Numbered from the stretch's first letter, positions 9,031 through 18,104 are shown. The stretch is DNA of 30,593 nucleotides from a virus (IMGVR_UViG_3300031519_000143:1-30593); one strand, 5' to 3'. Translations and numbers: made by a program. Notes: generated by a model from the letters alone, not told the origin.

Positions 9031-9109
9031 ACCCTATCAAATCAGCGGTTGCGGGCGCGTCATCAATAGGGTTTCTATTAATATTGTATATTCTTACCGC
9101 AACATAAGA
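9031..9109 (-). ncRNA. Candidate cis-regulatory kissing-loop/pseudoknot RNA in initiator leader
   Basis: Hairpin UCUUA-UGUUGCGG-UAAGA and hairpin ACCCUAUUGA...UUGAUAGGGU with loop CCCGCAAC; loops complementary over 7 bp. Confidence 0.6.
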
Positions 9110-9131
9110 GGTTTAAAAAGAAAGTTGTTTA

Positions 9132-9377
9132 TTATAAACTGTAATTATTTTTTATAGTATCACAGAATGATCGCAAATTTATAAATATTTTTTGGATATC
9201 TACGAAATCAATTGCCGAATCTTCATATTTTAAAAACAGTAATTCAATTAAAAGATCAAACTCCACGTTTGTACATTTGCCTAATAAATTATAAGTTGTT
9301 TTTATTTCTTTTTTATCCCTTCTAGTCCAAATTATTTTTTGATTTACTTCATCAAAATAAACATCATTGTATTTCAT
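9132..9377 (-). CDS. Hypothetical protein
   Basis: 81-aa ORF in operon context. Confidence 0.7.
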   Translation of the reverse strand: MKYNDVYFDEVNQKIIWTRRDKKEIKTTYNLLGKCTNVEFDLLIELLFLKYEDSAIDFVDIQKIFINLRSFCDTIKNNYSL

Positions 9378-9393
9378 TTTAAATAAATTTTAA

Positions 9394-9762
9394 TTAATTA
9401 ATAAAATAATTATCAATTGTTTCCTTACAATCTACAAAATTATTGTGGCATTTTACCTCCCAATTGCTATTTTTAAGCCATTTAAGCCATTTAACTTGGT
9501 TCGGTGTGGGTTTATTATACTTATATTTTAATTCAATCGCTAATCCATTGTTTTGTTTGTTTGGCGTAAAAATTAATAAATCAGGAATACCGGGTTTTGC
9601 TCCTAAATATTTCATTTTAAATTGTTCAAATGGCGACCTTTTTCCTTCATTCATTGGATGCGTGAAAATTGCATTAGGGTATTGCATAATTATGTAATTC
9701 ATAACAGCTTTTTGAAGTAAATCTTCGCCTTTTAAATATTTTTCAAACGGGTTTTTTCTCAT
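9394..9762 (-). CDS. VRR-NUC domain nuclease (probable junction resolvase)
   Basis: EDLLQ, G.KPGIPDL, AIELK, PTPNQ..W. Confidence 0.85.
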   Translation of the reverse strand: MRKNPFEKYLKGEDLLQKAVMNYIIMQYPNAIFTHPMNEGKRSPFEQFKMKYLGAKPGIPDLLIFTPNKQNNGLAIELKYKYNKPTPNQVKWLKWLKNSNWEVKCHNNFVDCKETIDNYFIN

Positions 9763-9766
9763 AATT

Positions 9767-10144
9767 CTATTTTCTTAACCTATTTAATTCTATAATTAAA
9801 AGATCTTTTGCAATTTTAAGAAATTTATATTTGTTTTCTGTCTTTTTTTTGATTAAATCCTGAACGCTCAATTCGTTAAATACTATTTTACGCAATCTTT
9901 CAAACTCATTTTTGAAATGAAGGTCGCCATTAACCCAATCATTAAAATTTTTCATTGAGTAAATAACAGACGTTCTGTCCCTCCCGACAATTTCACCCAC
10001 CTGCTCCATTGAATGTTTTGTTTTGTTTAATGACAACCAATAAAAAGCGGCCCTTGCCATTACAATTTTTCGTTTTCTAGTATTTTCTGTAATATCTACA
10101 TCAAAATGTATATTTACTTTTTTTATTAAACTTTCTAAAACCAT
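9767..10144 (-). CDS. DnaA C-terminal (domain IV)-like HTH protein
   Basis: RKRKIVMAR...S..QVGEIVGRDRTSVIYS resembles DnaA R...ivlaR...Sl..IG..fGRDHtTV. Confidence 0.75.
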   Translation of the reverse strand: MVLESLIKKVNIHFDVDITENTRKRKIVMARAAFYWLSLNKTKHSMEQVGEIVGRDRTSVIYSMKNFNDWVNGDLHFKNEFERLRKIVFNELSVQDLIKKKTENKYKFLKIAKDLLIIELNRLRK

Positions 10145-10146
10145 AA

Positions 10147-10908
10147 TTATAAAATTAAACTACCATCATTACTAAAATTATTCCAATTGTACCCGGAAAT
10201 TATACCGGTTTCAACGTATATTTTCCAATCTGAAAACGCTTTTTTCCATCCCATCGATCCGCGTTCAATCATTTCCTTACTTAATCCGTAAACTTCAACA
10301 GAAAACGGGTGATTTGTTTCAACGGCGATAAACCTAAAATTTTCCGTAGGAATTCCCAACATTTCAGAATAAAAAGCCGCTTGCAGGTGATAACCATATT
10401 TGTAAATATCTCTTAAAAACACACTTGGCGAATTGTCTTGGCAAGTTTTAACGTCAGAAATAAAATTTTCAATTCGGTTTAAATTGTCGGGCCTTACTCT
10501 AATTTGAATATCTTCATATTTGTTATAATGCGAAAGTTCAATTTCGCCTTTACAATATTTTTGAGCCAATTCGTGTTTTCTGAAATTTTCTAAAATCTTA
10601 GTTATTTTGTAATGTTCGTCAGATGCTAATAAAAGTTTTCCTTCGGCCTTTTTTGTTTCAATCTCAAAAGCCTCTTTTCCGGCCTTTGTGCGCTTATCTA
10701 TCTTAGGCATAACGTGATAATCTTTGTAATACAATTCAGGCTCTAACATTGCACAATGAACCGCAGATCCTAAAGCCATCGCCGAAGATTCAAAACGTTT
10801 TTGATTTAAAAAGTGATAAACCGATTTTTTAAATATTGTTTTTAAACCGGATGCGCTTATTCCGGGCGAAGCGTGATAAATTTCGTTAGTATCAAATTTA
10901 GTTTTCAT
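10147..10908 (-). CDS. RecE/exonuclease VIII-like PD-(D/E)XK exonuclease (DUF3799)
   Basis: YHA..GISASGLK, GSAVHC..LEP, RVRPD, DVKT, YGYHLQAAFY, FIAVE. Confidence 0.88.
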   Translation of the reverse strand: MKTKFDTNEIYHASPGISASGLKTIFKKSVYHFLNQKRFESSAMALGSAVHCAMLEPELYYKDYHVMPKIDKRTKAGKEAFEIETKKAEGKLLLASDEHYKITKILENFRKHELAQKYCKGEIELSHYNKYEDIQIRVRPDNLNRIENFISDVKTCQDNSPSVFLRDIYKYGYHLQAAFYSEMLGIPTENFRFIAVETNHPFSVEVYGLSKEMIERGSMGWKKAFSDWKIYVETGIISGYNWNNFSNDGSLIL

Positions 10909-10909
10909 T

Positions 10910-11032
10910 TTATTTGTTTTTTGTTTTCGTTAATATGTAATTAGGTTTTTGTTTAATTGTTTCTTTTAACTCTTTATTTTCTTTTTCTAAGGCGTCAACC
11001 CTGAATTGTAAAAATTCGATTAATTTATCCAT
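10910..11032 (-). CDS. 40-aa coiled-coil peptide (not in ORF track)
   Basis: MDKLIEFLQFRVDALEKENKELKETIKQKPNYILTKTKNK*; fills the gap between neighbours. Confidence 0.65.
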   Translation of the reverse strand: MDKLIEFLQFRVDALEKENKELKETIKQKPNYILTKTKNK

Positions 11033-11040
11033 AATGTTTT

Positions 11041-11244
11041 TTATTTTTTTAATTTACTTGTTAAAAAATCGTATAATTCCGCAGCATCTAAATTTTCGCA
11101 GTCTGTTAATTGCTCGCTTATTAGATAGCAAATTGCACCCTGAAAATCTAACGGGCTGTCTTGGTCGTAACCACTCGCGAAATCATTCTTTGCACTTTCA
11201 TTTGCTTTTTTTACTATAATTTTCTCAATATCTTTATTTTGCAT
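11041..11244 (-). CDS. Hypothetical protein
   Basis: 67 aa, first gene after promoter copy 3. Confidence 0.7.
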   Translation of the reverse strand: MQNKDIEKIIVKKANESAKNDFASGYDQDSPLDFQGAICYLISEQLTDCENLDAAELYDFLTSKLKK

Positions 11245-11270
11245 AATTTGTTTTTGTTTGTTTTACACTT

Positions 11271-11297
11271 CAAAAGTAAAAGAATTTTTTCAATTAC
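11271..11297 (-). promoter_or_regulatory. Promoter with operator, copy 3
   Basis: GTAATTGAAAAAATTCTTTTACTTTTG; -7 box TACTTTTG. Confidence 0.75.
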
Positions 11298-11310
11298 GCA
11301 ATTAAAAAGC

Positions 11311-11343
11311 AAAAAAAAATGCGATTCAATTAAGAACCGCATT
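11311..11343 (-). terminator. Intrinsic terminator
   Basis: AATGCGGTTC-TTAATT-GAATCGCATT followed by U-run. Confidence 0.8.
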
Positions 11344-11365
11344 AATTTTATTTAAAATTTACTAA

Positions 11366-11626
11366 TTAAAAAGGTAAATCCGATTTTTCATTTGTATTGT
11401 TATTATCTGTTTTAGGTTTCCAAGTATTTAACTCGGCATAACATTTGCCGTTTTTACTTCTTTTTAGATCAATGTTAACCCATCCATTAGATGCGTTTGC
11501 CTTAATGAATCCGATTGCCTCATCAACTTTTAAAGAAACTGACGCTAGTACAAATTCAGGTGCTGAATCATTTCTTTTTACTAAAAATCCATCTGCAAAA
11601 ATCTTGTCCTCTGTTTGTGTGCTCAT
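11366..11626 (-). CDS. Small ssDNA-binding-like protein
   Basis: Follows ERF; C-terminal SDLPF SSB-type tail. Confidence 0.6.
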   Translation of the reverse strand: MSTQTEDKIFADGFLVKRNDSAPEFVLASVSLKVDEAIGFIKANASNGWVNIDLKRSKNGKCYAELNTWKPKTDNNNTNEKSDLPF

Positions 11627-11635
11627 AATATTTAC

Positions 11636-12187
11636 TTATTTATTTAAATTAAACTTACTGATTATTTTTTCTTTATATTCTTTTTTCATTTTAAACGTGG
11701 CTAAAACTTTTTGCGCCTGAACTTCAGTAGATTTTAAAGTTGCGTTTAGTTGTGTTTCTGTTAACCATTTACGATCATCCGTTTTTTCTTCTTTTAAAGG
11801 TGTTTTATCGCTTGTATTTATAAAATCCGCATCCTTATTGTCGTCAATCAAAAAGCATCCATTTAAGGCATATTTGCGGGCGTAACTGCTCGAACTTCCA
11901 AAACTTTGCGAAATATCCATTCCTTTACGGTTTGGATCAATTCCGGCCTGCGCCATTGTATGAATTTGATTTTCGCCATCTGAAATAATTACTGTAGACT
12001 CCACAAAAATAATATCGCCTAATTGTTTTATTTCGTCTGAAATTGTTAAAGTACATTCGTATTTTTTTAAAAGAGGTTTCACAGCCTCTAGTATATCTTC
12101 ACAGCTTCGATAGTTGTATTTTCCGAAATTGTTTCTTTGATTTTTTGGCGCTTTTAATTCGGCCTGAATTTGTCTTAGTTTTTCCAT
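11636..12187 (-). CDS. erf: ERF-family single-strand annealing recombinase
   Basis: LKAPK.Q.N.FGKYNYRSCEDILEAVKP; GSSSSYARKYAL...IDD.KDAD. Confidence 0.9.
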   Translation of the reverse strand: MEKLRQIQAELKAPKNQRNNFGKYNYRSCEDILEAVKPLLKKYECTLTISDEIKQLGDIIFVESTVIISDGENQIHTMAQAGIDPNRKGMDISQSFGSSSSYARKYALNGCFLIDDNKDADFINTSDKTPLKEEKTDDRKWLTETQLNATLKSTEVQAQKVLATFKMKKEYKEKIISKFNLNK

Positions 12188-12207
12188 TTGTTTTTGTTTT
12201 TGTTTTG

Positions 12208-12405
12208 TTAAAGGTTTAAATCACCCCAAATTCCGGATAATAAAAAACCATTATTTTGCAATATAATTACTTCAGAAATTGTAAAAGTCATATGATCTTT
12301 TAATCTAGTTTTTAACGTGGGCCGCGTACAATTTAAAAGAGTGCAAACCTCGTAACGTTTTAGTTTTAAACGCTTCATTTCAATATTAAATTTTTCTTCA
12401 AACAT
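12208..12405 (-). CDS. Cro-like HTH transcriptional regulator
   Basis: 65 aa, KRYEVCTLLNCTRPTLKTRL...FTISEV; first gene of early operon. Confidence 0.7.
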   Translation of the reverse strand: MFEEKFNIEMKRLKLKRYEVCTLLNCTRPTLKTRLKDHMTFTISEVIILQNNGFLLSGIWGDLNL

Positions 12406-12426
12406 ATTTTTATGATTTTGTTACTG

Positions 12427-12458
12427 CGAAATTAAAAATAAATCTTCAATAAAACAAA
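12427..12458 (-). promoter_or_regulatory. Early promoter (TTTG...TAATTTCG)
   Basis: Near-consensus Bacteroidota -33/-7 elements between terminator and HTH gene. Confidence 0.55.
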
Positions 12459-12469
12459 TATAAATGCAT

Positions 12470-12508
12470 AAAAAAACCGCCTAAATGTAAATTAATACAA
12501 ATAAGCGG
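12470..12508 (-). terminator. Intrinsic terminator ending tail operon
   Basis: CCGCTTA...TAGGCGG + TTTTTTT. Confidence 0.75.
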
Positions 12509-12526
12509 CCGACAAACAAAAAATAA

Positions 12527-14761
12527 TTAATTAGTAATTCGTACCGTAATAGGTAAATCGTTGTTATTGTTTGGCACGTGTGAATTTACTTTATATTTAT
12601 TTGATTTTAGTAAGTAAGTTAGGCCATCAACAACCGAACTTTCTTCATCTTGAATATAGCCTAGCCAATTAAACCAAATTTTATTTCGTAATGATAAAGG
12701 CGTGGGGTTTTTCCCCCTAAAAGAACCTTCATACCTTATACAAAAATCCCTAAAATCATTCATTATACTTTGATTTGAAATATTTGAAATATTATTGAAT
12801 TTTATAGTATTACCATTGATGAAATTATTGTCGCGGGTTCTGTACCAATTTGAAATAATAGTCGGCGCATCATCTTTGAATAAAACTAAACTACTAATGC
12901 TTTTATCACTACTATAATTATTGTCGCTTATATCTCTTTTTGCTTTTATAGTTATTTTACTTGACAAATCATCCGGCTCTATAAAAACAAAATCCTGAAA
13001 CCTAGAACCTTGTTGATACAATCCGACGTTATCAAAATAAGTATTTTTATAATTTGCAGGTTGCGGACTTACAGTCCTTGTACTCCAAATTTCAATTTCT
13101 AATTCACCAAAAGAAATAACGGGCGCGGTTGTTGGCGTTTTTAAACTGCCGTCAACTGTTTGCCATTTATTAGTTGATTCTGAACCAATTCTATTTAAAA
13201 AATCACTGTTTTGAAACTCTTTATCTGTATTATTCCAATACTTTGTATTATTTGAATCGAAATATCTTATTTTAAATCCTACGGTTGTACCCGGTATAAC
13301 TCCTGAAGATTCTATAAAAAAAGAAAATGTAAACTTTGTACTTTCTAAAACGCCACTACTTAAATTTTTAGTGTCAAATTGAGGCGCAAAAGGATTCGGA
13401 AACGGTACTTTTTCTGAAGTAATACATTTAAAATCAAAAGTTGTAAAAGTTGAAAGTTTTAAGGAATATTCACCATCTTTTGATACTTCATCTTTTACAA
13501 TATTTGCACCGGTAATATCCCAATTAAAATCTTCATATTCAAAACCGGAATTATTATTCCAAAATGTTTTTTGAAATTGTGTCGTATTATAAGATCGTTC
13601 TATTTCCGAAATTGGCTGCAAATATTCCCGCGTTAAATTATTATCTAAAGGAATCAATTCTTTTGGCGCCGACTTTAAAACAGAAATAATTTCGGGCCCT
13701 TGCGATACTCCTAAATAATTAAATTTTTCAGAATTTAAAAATTCGTTATTAATAGATTTCAACCTAGTAGTAATTAAATTTCTTATGTTACTAGGCGGCG
13801 TACTAGCTGTATTTAATGTTAAAATATCACTTTTTACGGATTCATCAAATATATTTGAATTTTCAACAACGTACCATTTTCCCAAAGATTGATAAATACG
13901 CATATTGTAAGTTGATAATAATTTTGAAAGTTGATCCTTTGCATTATATAGATCAAAACCATTTGTTAATTCAACCAAATAGTTGTTAAAAGTTGTTACA
14001 TTTGGATACTTTACATAAGAAACAACCGAATTAATTTCCTTTTTAAAGTTTAAATCATTTATAAATACAATATCTAAATCTAAATCTAAATTTTCAAGTA
14101 TTTTTGAAATCCTTAAATTGTCGGGTGTGCTATTTGTTCCGTATTCGTTGTCATCAATTGAAACGGGCGCACTATAATTGTCTAAAGTACCTAATCCATC
14201 AAATGCATTTAAAGATATATTGAACGGTGCGGCTGTCATTAATTCTTTGAAGCGATCAACTAGCAAATAACCGATCCAATAATCGGCCCATACATTATAG
14301 GTTTGACTTTTTATAGGTTCCGGTATGCAATTTAAACTTTCAATTATTCCGCCATCTGCAACAACTCTTTCGCTGTATTGTGTCGGTACTGTCTTAAAGT
14401 AAGACAAACCGGAATCAATGCATTCTAAGGATTCAAATATTCCGCCATCTGCAATAACTCTTTCAGAAAATGTTTCTGAAATACTTTTAGAATATGAAAC
14501 TTTTATTTGATACTCCCTTTCGTCAAATTTGTAAAATTCATCATATTTAATAGTATCGGTTACAAGCAAGTTTAATTGACAAACTGATCCAATTATGGGT
14601 TTATAAAAATCATTTGACGAATTCCATTTAATCACAACCGGTTCACCTGATCCTATCATCGGCAAAACTTCACCCGTATAATCTTTTTTTAATATTTCAA
14701 CTTTTTTACCAAAACTTAAAATATCCGAAAATTCTAATCTATATTTTACTCCGTACGCCAT
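12527..14761 (-). CDS. Tail tip/hub structural protein
   Basis: 744 aa directly after tape measure; MAYGVKYRLEF N-terminus, LNAFDGLGTL, beta-rich composition. Confidence 0.7.
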   Translation of the reverse strand: MAYGVKYRLEFSDILSFGKKVEILKKDYTGEVLPMIGSGEPVVIKWNSSNDFYKPIIGSVCQLNLLVTDTIKYDEFYKFDEREYQIKVSYSKSISETFSERVIADGGIFESLECIDSGLSYFKTVPTQYSERVVADGGIIESLNCIPEPIKSQTYNVWADYWIGYLLVDRFKELMTAAPFNISLNAFDGLGTLDNYSAPVSIDDNEYGTNSTPDNLRISKILENLDLDLDIVFINDLNFKKEINSVVSYVKYPNVTTFNNYLVELTNGFDLYNAKDQLSKLLSTYNMRIYQSLGKWYVVENSNIFDESVKSDILTLNTASTPPSNIRNLITTRLKSINNEFLNSEKFNYLGVSQGPEIISVLKSAPKELIPLDNNLTREYLQPISEIERSYNTTQFQKTFWNNNSGFEYEDFNWDITGANIVKDEVSKDGEYSLKLSTFTTFDFKCITSEKVPFPNPFAPQFDTKNLSSGVLESTKFTFSFFIESSGVIPGTTVGFKIRYFDSNNTKYWNNTDKEFQNSDFLNRIGSESTNKWQTVDGSLKTPTTAPVISFGELEIEIWSTRTVSPQPANYKNTYFDNVGLYQQGSRFQDFVFIEPDDLSSKITIKAKRDISDNNYSSDKSISSLVLFKDDAPTIISNWYRTRDNNFINGNTIKFNNISNISNQSIMNDFRDFCIRYEGSFRGKNPTPLSLRNKIWFNWLGYIQDEESSVVDGLTYLLKSNKYKVNSHVPNNNNDLPITVRITN

Positions 14762-14773
14762 TTGTTTGTTTTA

Positions 14774-17347
14774 TTAATAAGTTCTTCCGGCGGTTTCGTT
14801 GGCCCGTTCAATTGCAATCAATAAATCTTGTCCTTCTAAACGAATTTCGCCAACTACATTCACGTTTTGAGACCCTGAATTCTTGCCTATCATTGCTTGT
14901 AGTTTATTTAATGGCGAAATAACTTCGGGGTTTGATTTTGCTCCCGGGTATTCACCAACTAATCCCATTGTTGGGCCGGAAACAATCCCACCATTAGCGA
15001 ATGCCGTTGCACCTCCGCCGCCTCCGCCACCGCCGCCATCACCAATCTTACCGGCTTGTGCGCTTGCAAAAGCCCCTAATGCAACTAATGCAATACCACC
15101 TGCAATAGCAACCGCAGGATTTAAAGACTTTAAAGCGGTTACAATACCTTTTACACCGATACCAATTCCAATCGCTAATTTTCCTAATTGTGAAGCCATA
15201 TTTCCTACAGTAGTCAAAACAACTTTCGAAAGTTTTTGACTTAAACTCCCTCCACTTGCTAATGCTTTACCTAATGATTGCCCTATTCCAATCGCCAAAT
15301 CATTTAATCCGCCGGTCACTACTGCATTCATACCTTGGTTAAATTCCATTGCATTTTGCATTGCAAGGGCCCTTTGCTCATTTAAAACGGTTTGTTGTTC
15401 CTCCATTACTTCAGGAATCAAAGCAGTATCCGCCCGAATGCCATCCGCAATAGGTGTCAAAGGAACCTCTAATTCTTCAATTCCGGATGTTTCCGCTATT
15501 GGTCTACTTGTTGGTGTAGTGCTTGGTGTGGGTGGTGTTGTTGGTGGTGTAGTGCTTTCATTGTTGTTTTTTAAAGACTTTTGATCTTCTAAAGATTTTT
15601 TAATTTTATCTAAAACATCTTTTTTGTCTTCTAACTCTTCAATTTCCTTTTTTAAAAACCCTACATTTTTTAAAGTTTGCCCACCGTAACCTTCAGCAAT
15701 TCTTTTCTGCGCTTCAGCTAATTTTTTTCTTTTTTCTGCTATTTTTTCTGCAACTTGTGCAATATTATTTTCTATTTTTTCTTGTTCCCCTAAAGATTTT
15801 TTAACATCACCTAAAGCGATTTTTTTGTTTTCTAATTCGTCAATTTCTTTTTTTAAAACTGCTACATTTTTCAAAGTTTGTCCTCTAAAACCTTCAGCAA
15901 TTTTTTTTTGTTCTTCAGCTAATCTTTTTCTTTTTTCCGCTATTTTTTCCTCAACTTGTGCAATTGTTTTTAAATCTTTTAATGCTTTATTTTGTGCCTT
16001 TGTGTATGAATATATCGCAACCGTAATGGCTGCAATAGCAGCCGCAACCGCTAGAATTGGGTTTGCAATCATTGCAGCAGTTAACAACCTGAATCCTGAC
16101 GCTACAATCGGCAACAACGGCCCCAAAGCAGCAACCCCAATGGCTAGTTTTCCAAATACTATAATTAACGGGCCGGCTATTGCTAAAACACCCGCAAATC
16201 CAACAATTAATTTTTGCATTGTAGGCGATAACGCTTTGAATTTGTCTGACATTTTAGTCAAAAAAGATCCAATTTTTTGCACCGCAGGAACTAAAGCAAC
16301 CAAAATAACGGTTCCGACTTCAATTAAAGAGGATTTCATTTGATTTAATGCCTTTGTCATTTTAAAAGACGCCGATTTTGCTGTCTTTTTGAAGGCTTCA
16401 TCAGTCGCGCCCATTGAATTAGTAAGGGCATCAAAAATTTCTCTATTTGTTTCTAATCCCGCACCCGTTAAATCTAAGACCCCTTTTAAGGCTCTAATGT
16501 TTGGAAATATTGCGGTTGTATCTTGTCCGGTTTTTGTCAAACCATCTTGTAACATCACTAACGTATCTAAAAGGCCATCGTTTCTAAGCGAATCCTGAAC
16601 GCTTGCCGTACTCATTCCCATTTTAGTCAAAGCAATTTCAGCCTCGGCCGTTGGTTTTTTTAAAGATGCTAATATTGCGTTTAATTGAGTAGCACCGACT
16701 GCGGCATCCGTTCCCGTTCTTGACATTGCAGCCATTGCGGCCCCTAATTGATCAAATGAAATACCCATATTTGAGGCAATAGGAACAACGCCCCCTAAAG
16801 ATCCGGCAAGTGCTGAAGCCTCTAGTTTACCCTCACGAACCGCAGCCGTTAAAATATCGGTTGCATCTGAAGCGCTTAAATTCTCCGCCCCGTATGCGTT
16901 TAATGCTGAAGTTGATAAATCCGCAATGATTTTAGTTTCACCTAATCCAATCGCCGCACCTTTTAAAGATGCTTCTAAAACCTCCATTGCGTCGGATCCG
17001 CGTAAACCCGCTGAAGTTATAAAAAATAACGCTTCGGCCGCTTCACCTGCGCTTTTACCGGTGTCTACTGCCATTTTCTTTGCAGTATCACCCATTTTTG
17101 CCACCTCTTCAGCACCAACCCCAACCAACGCCGTAATTGAAGTCATAGATTTATCGAAATCAAATGCCATTTTACCTGCAGCAACTCCAACCGCAACCAA
17201 TGGCAACGTCAATCCGACTGTCATCGATTTACCAACGTTTTGCATCTTAGATCCAAACGCTGAAAGTTTAGAACTTGCCGAAGATAATGCGGAATTTAAT
17301 TTCCTACTATCCCCGACTATATTTACTCTTAAATCTTGTTGCGCCAT
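14774..17347 (-). CDS. Tape measure protein (TP901-type core)
   Basis: 857 aa Ala/Gly-rich helical; AAEALFFITSAG, C-terminal FANGGIVSGPT.GLVGEY; follows chaperones. Confidence 0.93.
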   Translation of the reverse strand: MAQQDLRVNIVGDSRKLNSALSSASSKLSAFGSKMQNVGKSMTVGLTLPLVAVGVAAGKMAFDFDKSMTSITALVGVGAEEVAKMGDTAKKMAVDTGKSAGEAAEALFFITSAGLRGSDAMEVLEASLKGAAIGLGETKIIADLSTSALNAYGAENLSASDATDILTAAVREGKLEASALAGSLGGVVPIASNMGISFDQLGAAMAAMSRTGTDAAVGATQLNAILASLKKPTAEAEIALTKMGMSTASVQDSLRNDGLLDTLVMLQDGLTKTGQDTTAIFPNIRALKGVLDLTGAGLETNREIFDALTNSMGATDEAFKKTAKSASFKMTKALNQMKSSLIEVGTVILVALVPAVQKIGSFLTKMSDKFKALSPTMQKLIVGFAGVLAIAGPLIIVFGKLAIGVAALGPLLPIVASGFRLLTAAMIANPILAVAAAIAAITVAIYSYTKAQNKALKDLKTIAQVEEKIAEKRKRLAEEQKKIAEGFRGQTLKNVAVLKKEIDELENKKIALGDVKKSLGEQEKIENNIAQVAEKIAEKRKKLAEAQKRIAEGYGGQTLKNVGFLKKEIEELEDKKDVLDKIKKSLEDQKSLKNNNESTTPPTTPPTPSTTPTSRPIAETSGIEELEVPLTPIADGIRADTALIPEVMEEQQTVLNEQRALAMQNAMEFNQGMNAVVTGGLNDLAIGIGQSLGKALASGGSLSQKLSKVVLTTVGNMASQLGKLAIGIGIGVKGIVTALKSLNPAVAIAGGIALVALGAFASAQAGKIGDGGGGGGGGGATAFANGGIVSGPTMGLVGEYPGAKSNPEVISPLNKLQAMIGKNSGSQNVNVVGEIRLEGQDLLIAIERANETAGRTY
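15563..15964 (-). repeat. Tandem 201-bp (67-aa) duplication in tape measure
   Basis: IAQVEEKIAEKRKRLAEEQKKIAEGFRGQTLKNV... and IAQVAEKIAEKRKKLAEAQKRIAEGYGGQTLKNV... Confidence 0.9.
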
Positions 17348-17370
17348 AATATTATTGATATGTAATTAGA

Positions 17371-17413
17371 CAAAAATACAAAAAAAAAGACGCTTGTTTA
17401 AAACGTCTTTTTT
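17371..17413 (-). terminator. Terminator hairpin abutting a -7 box (TATTTTTG, 17371-17378) for the tape measure gene
   Basis: AAAAAGACG-loop-CGTCTTTTTTTTT then GTATTTTTG. Confidence 0.6.
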
Positions 17414-17769
17414 ACTTTCATTGAATTATACCTATCTAAAAATGTTTTCATTTCATTAGGCGTTGATTTTGGATCTGAACGTTTTTTCTTATGTTTAAGA
17501 TCCGAAGGTAATTCGAATAATTGATCGGGTTTTAACATTTGAGATTTTTTTTGACAATTAACATTATAAACCATAACGGCCAAATATCGCGTTTGTTCCC
17601 AATTTAGATTAGTTTTATTGTGATAAGATTCCGACATTAGACCGTTTTCCCTCCACGTTTGCCGCCAAAAATTATCAGGCAAAATGCCAATTTGCCCAAT
17701 ATAATAATCGGTTAAAGTTTCAAAATTTACTACTTCTTTGACGGCTTCGGCTTTGCCGGTATCTTTGAA
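17398..17769 (-). CDS. Tail assembly chaperone T segment (likely -1 frameshift fusion)
   Basis: Frame open from 17769, overlapping upstream chaperone in -1 frame; no ATG near 5' end; GILPDNFWRQTWRE motif. Confidence 0.7.
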   Translation of the reverse strand, partial: FKDTGKAEAVKEVVNFETLTDYYIGQIGILPDNFWRQTWRENGLMSESYHNKTNLNWEQTRYLAVMVYNVNCQKKSQMLKPDQLFELPSDLKHKKKRSDPKSTPNEMKTFLDRYNSMKVKKTF

Positions 17770-18104
17770 TCATTGGTTAAAGAATTGCCTAATATTTTAG
17801 ATTGTGCCATTGTATCAACAATTTCGTTAATAGTATCGGCGCTAATATCATCCAACCACGTACCCGCTGAAAATAAAGTATAATCAACATCGTTTCCTTT
17901 TTCTAGGTCGTTAGCTAAAACCGCTGAATAAATTAAGGCACGTAATCCCGTTAATGAAATACCGGATTCAAATATTGAACCTATTTCTTGTAATGAAATC
18001 CCCATTTGCTCCGTAAATTCGGCCCAAAAGTTCATAGAAAAGTGTAGTGTTTTTTTCTTGCCTTCGATAGTTATATCAATATAACCTCTTTTTTTGTTTG
18101 TCAT
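17730..18104 (-). CDS. Tail assembly chaperone (gpG-like)
   Basis: 124 aa between tail tube and tape measure. Confidence 0.75.
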   Translation of the reverse strand: MTNKKRGYIDITIEGKKKTLHFSMNFWAEFTEQMGISLQEIGSIFESGISLTGLRALIYSAVLANDLEKGNDVDYTLFSAGTWLDDISADTINEIVDTMAQSKILGNSLTNDSKIPAKPKPSKK

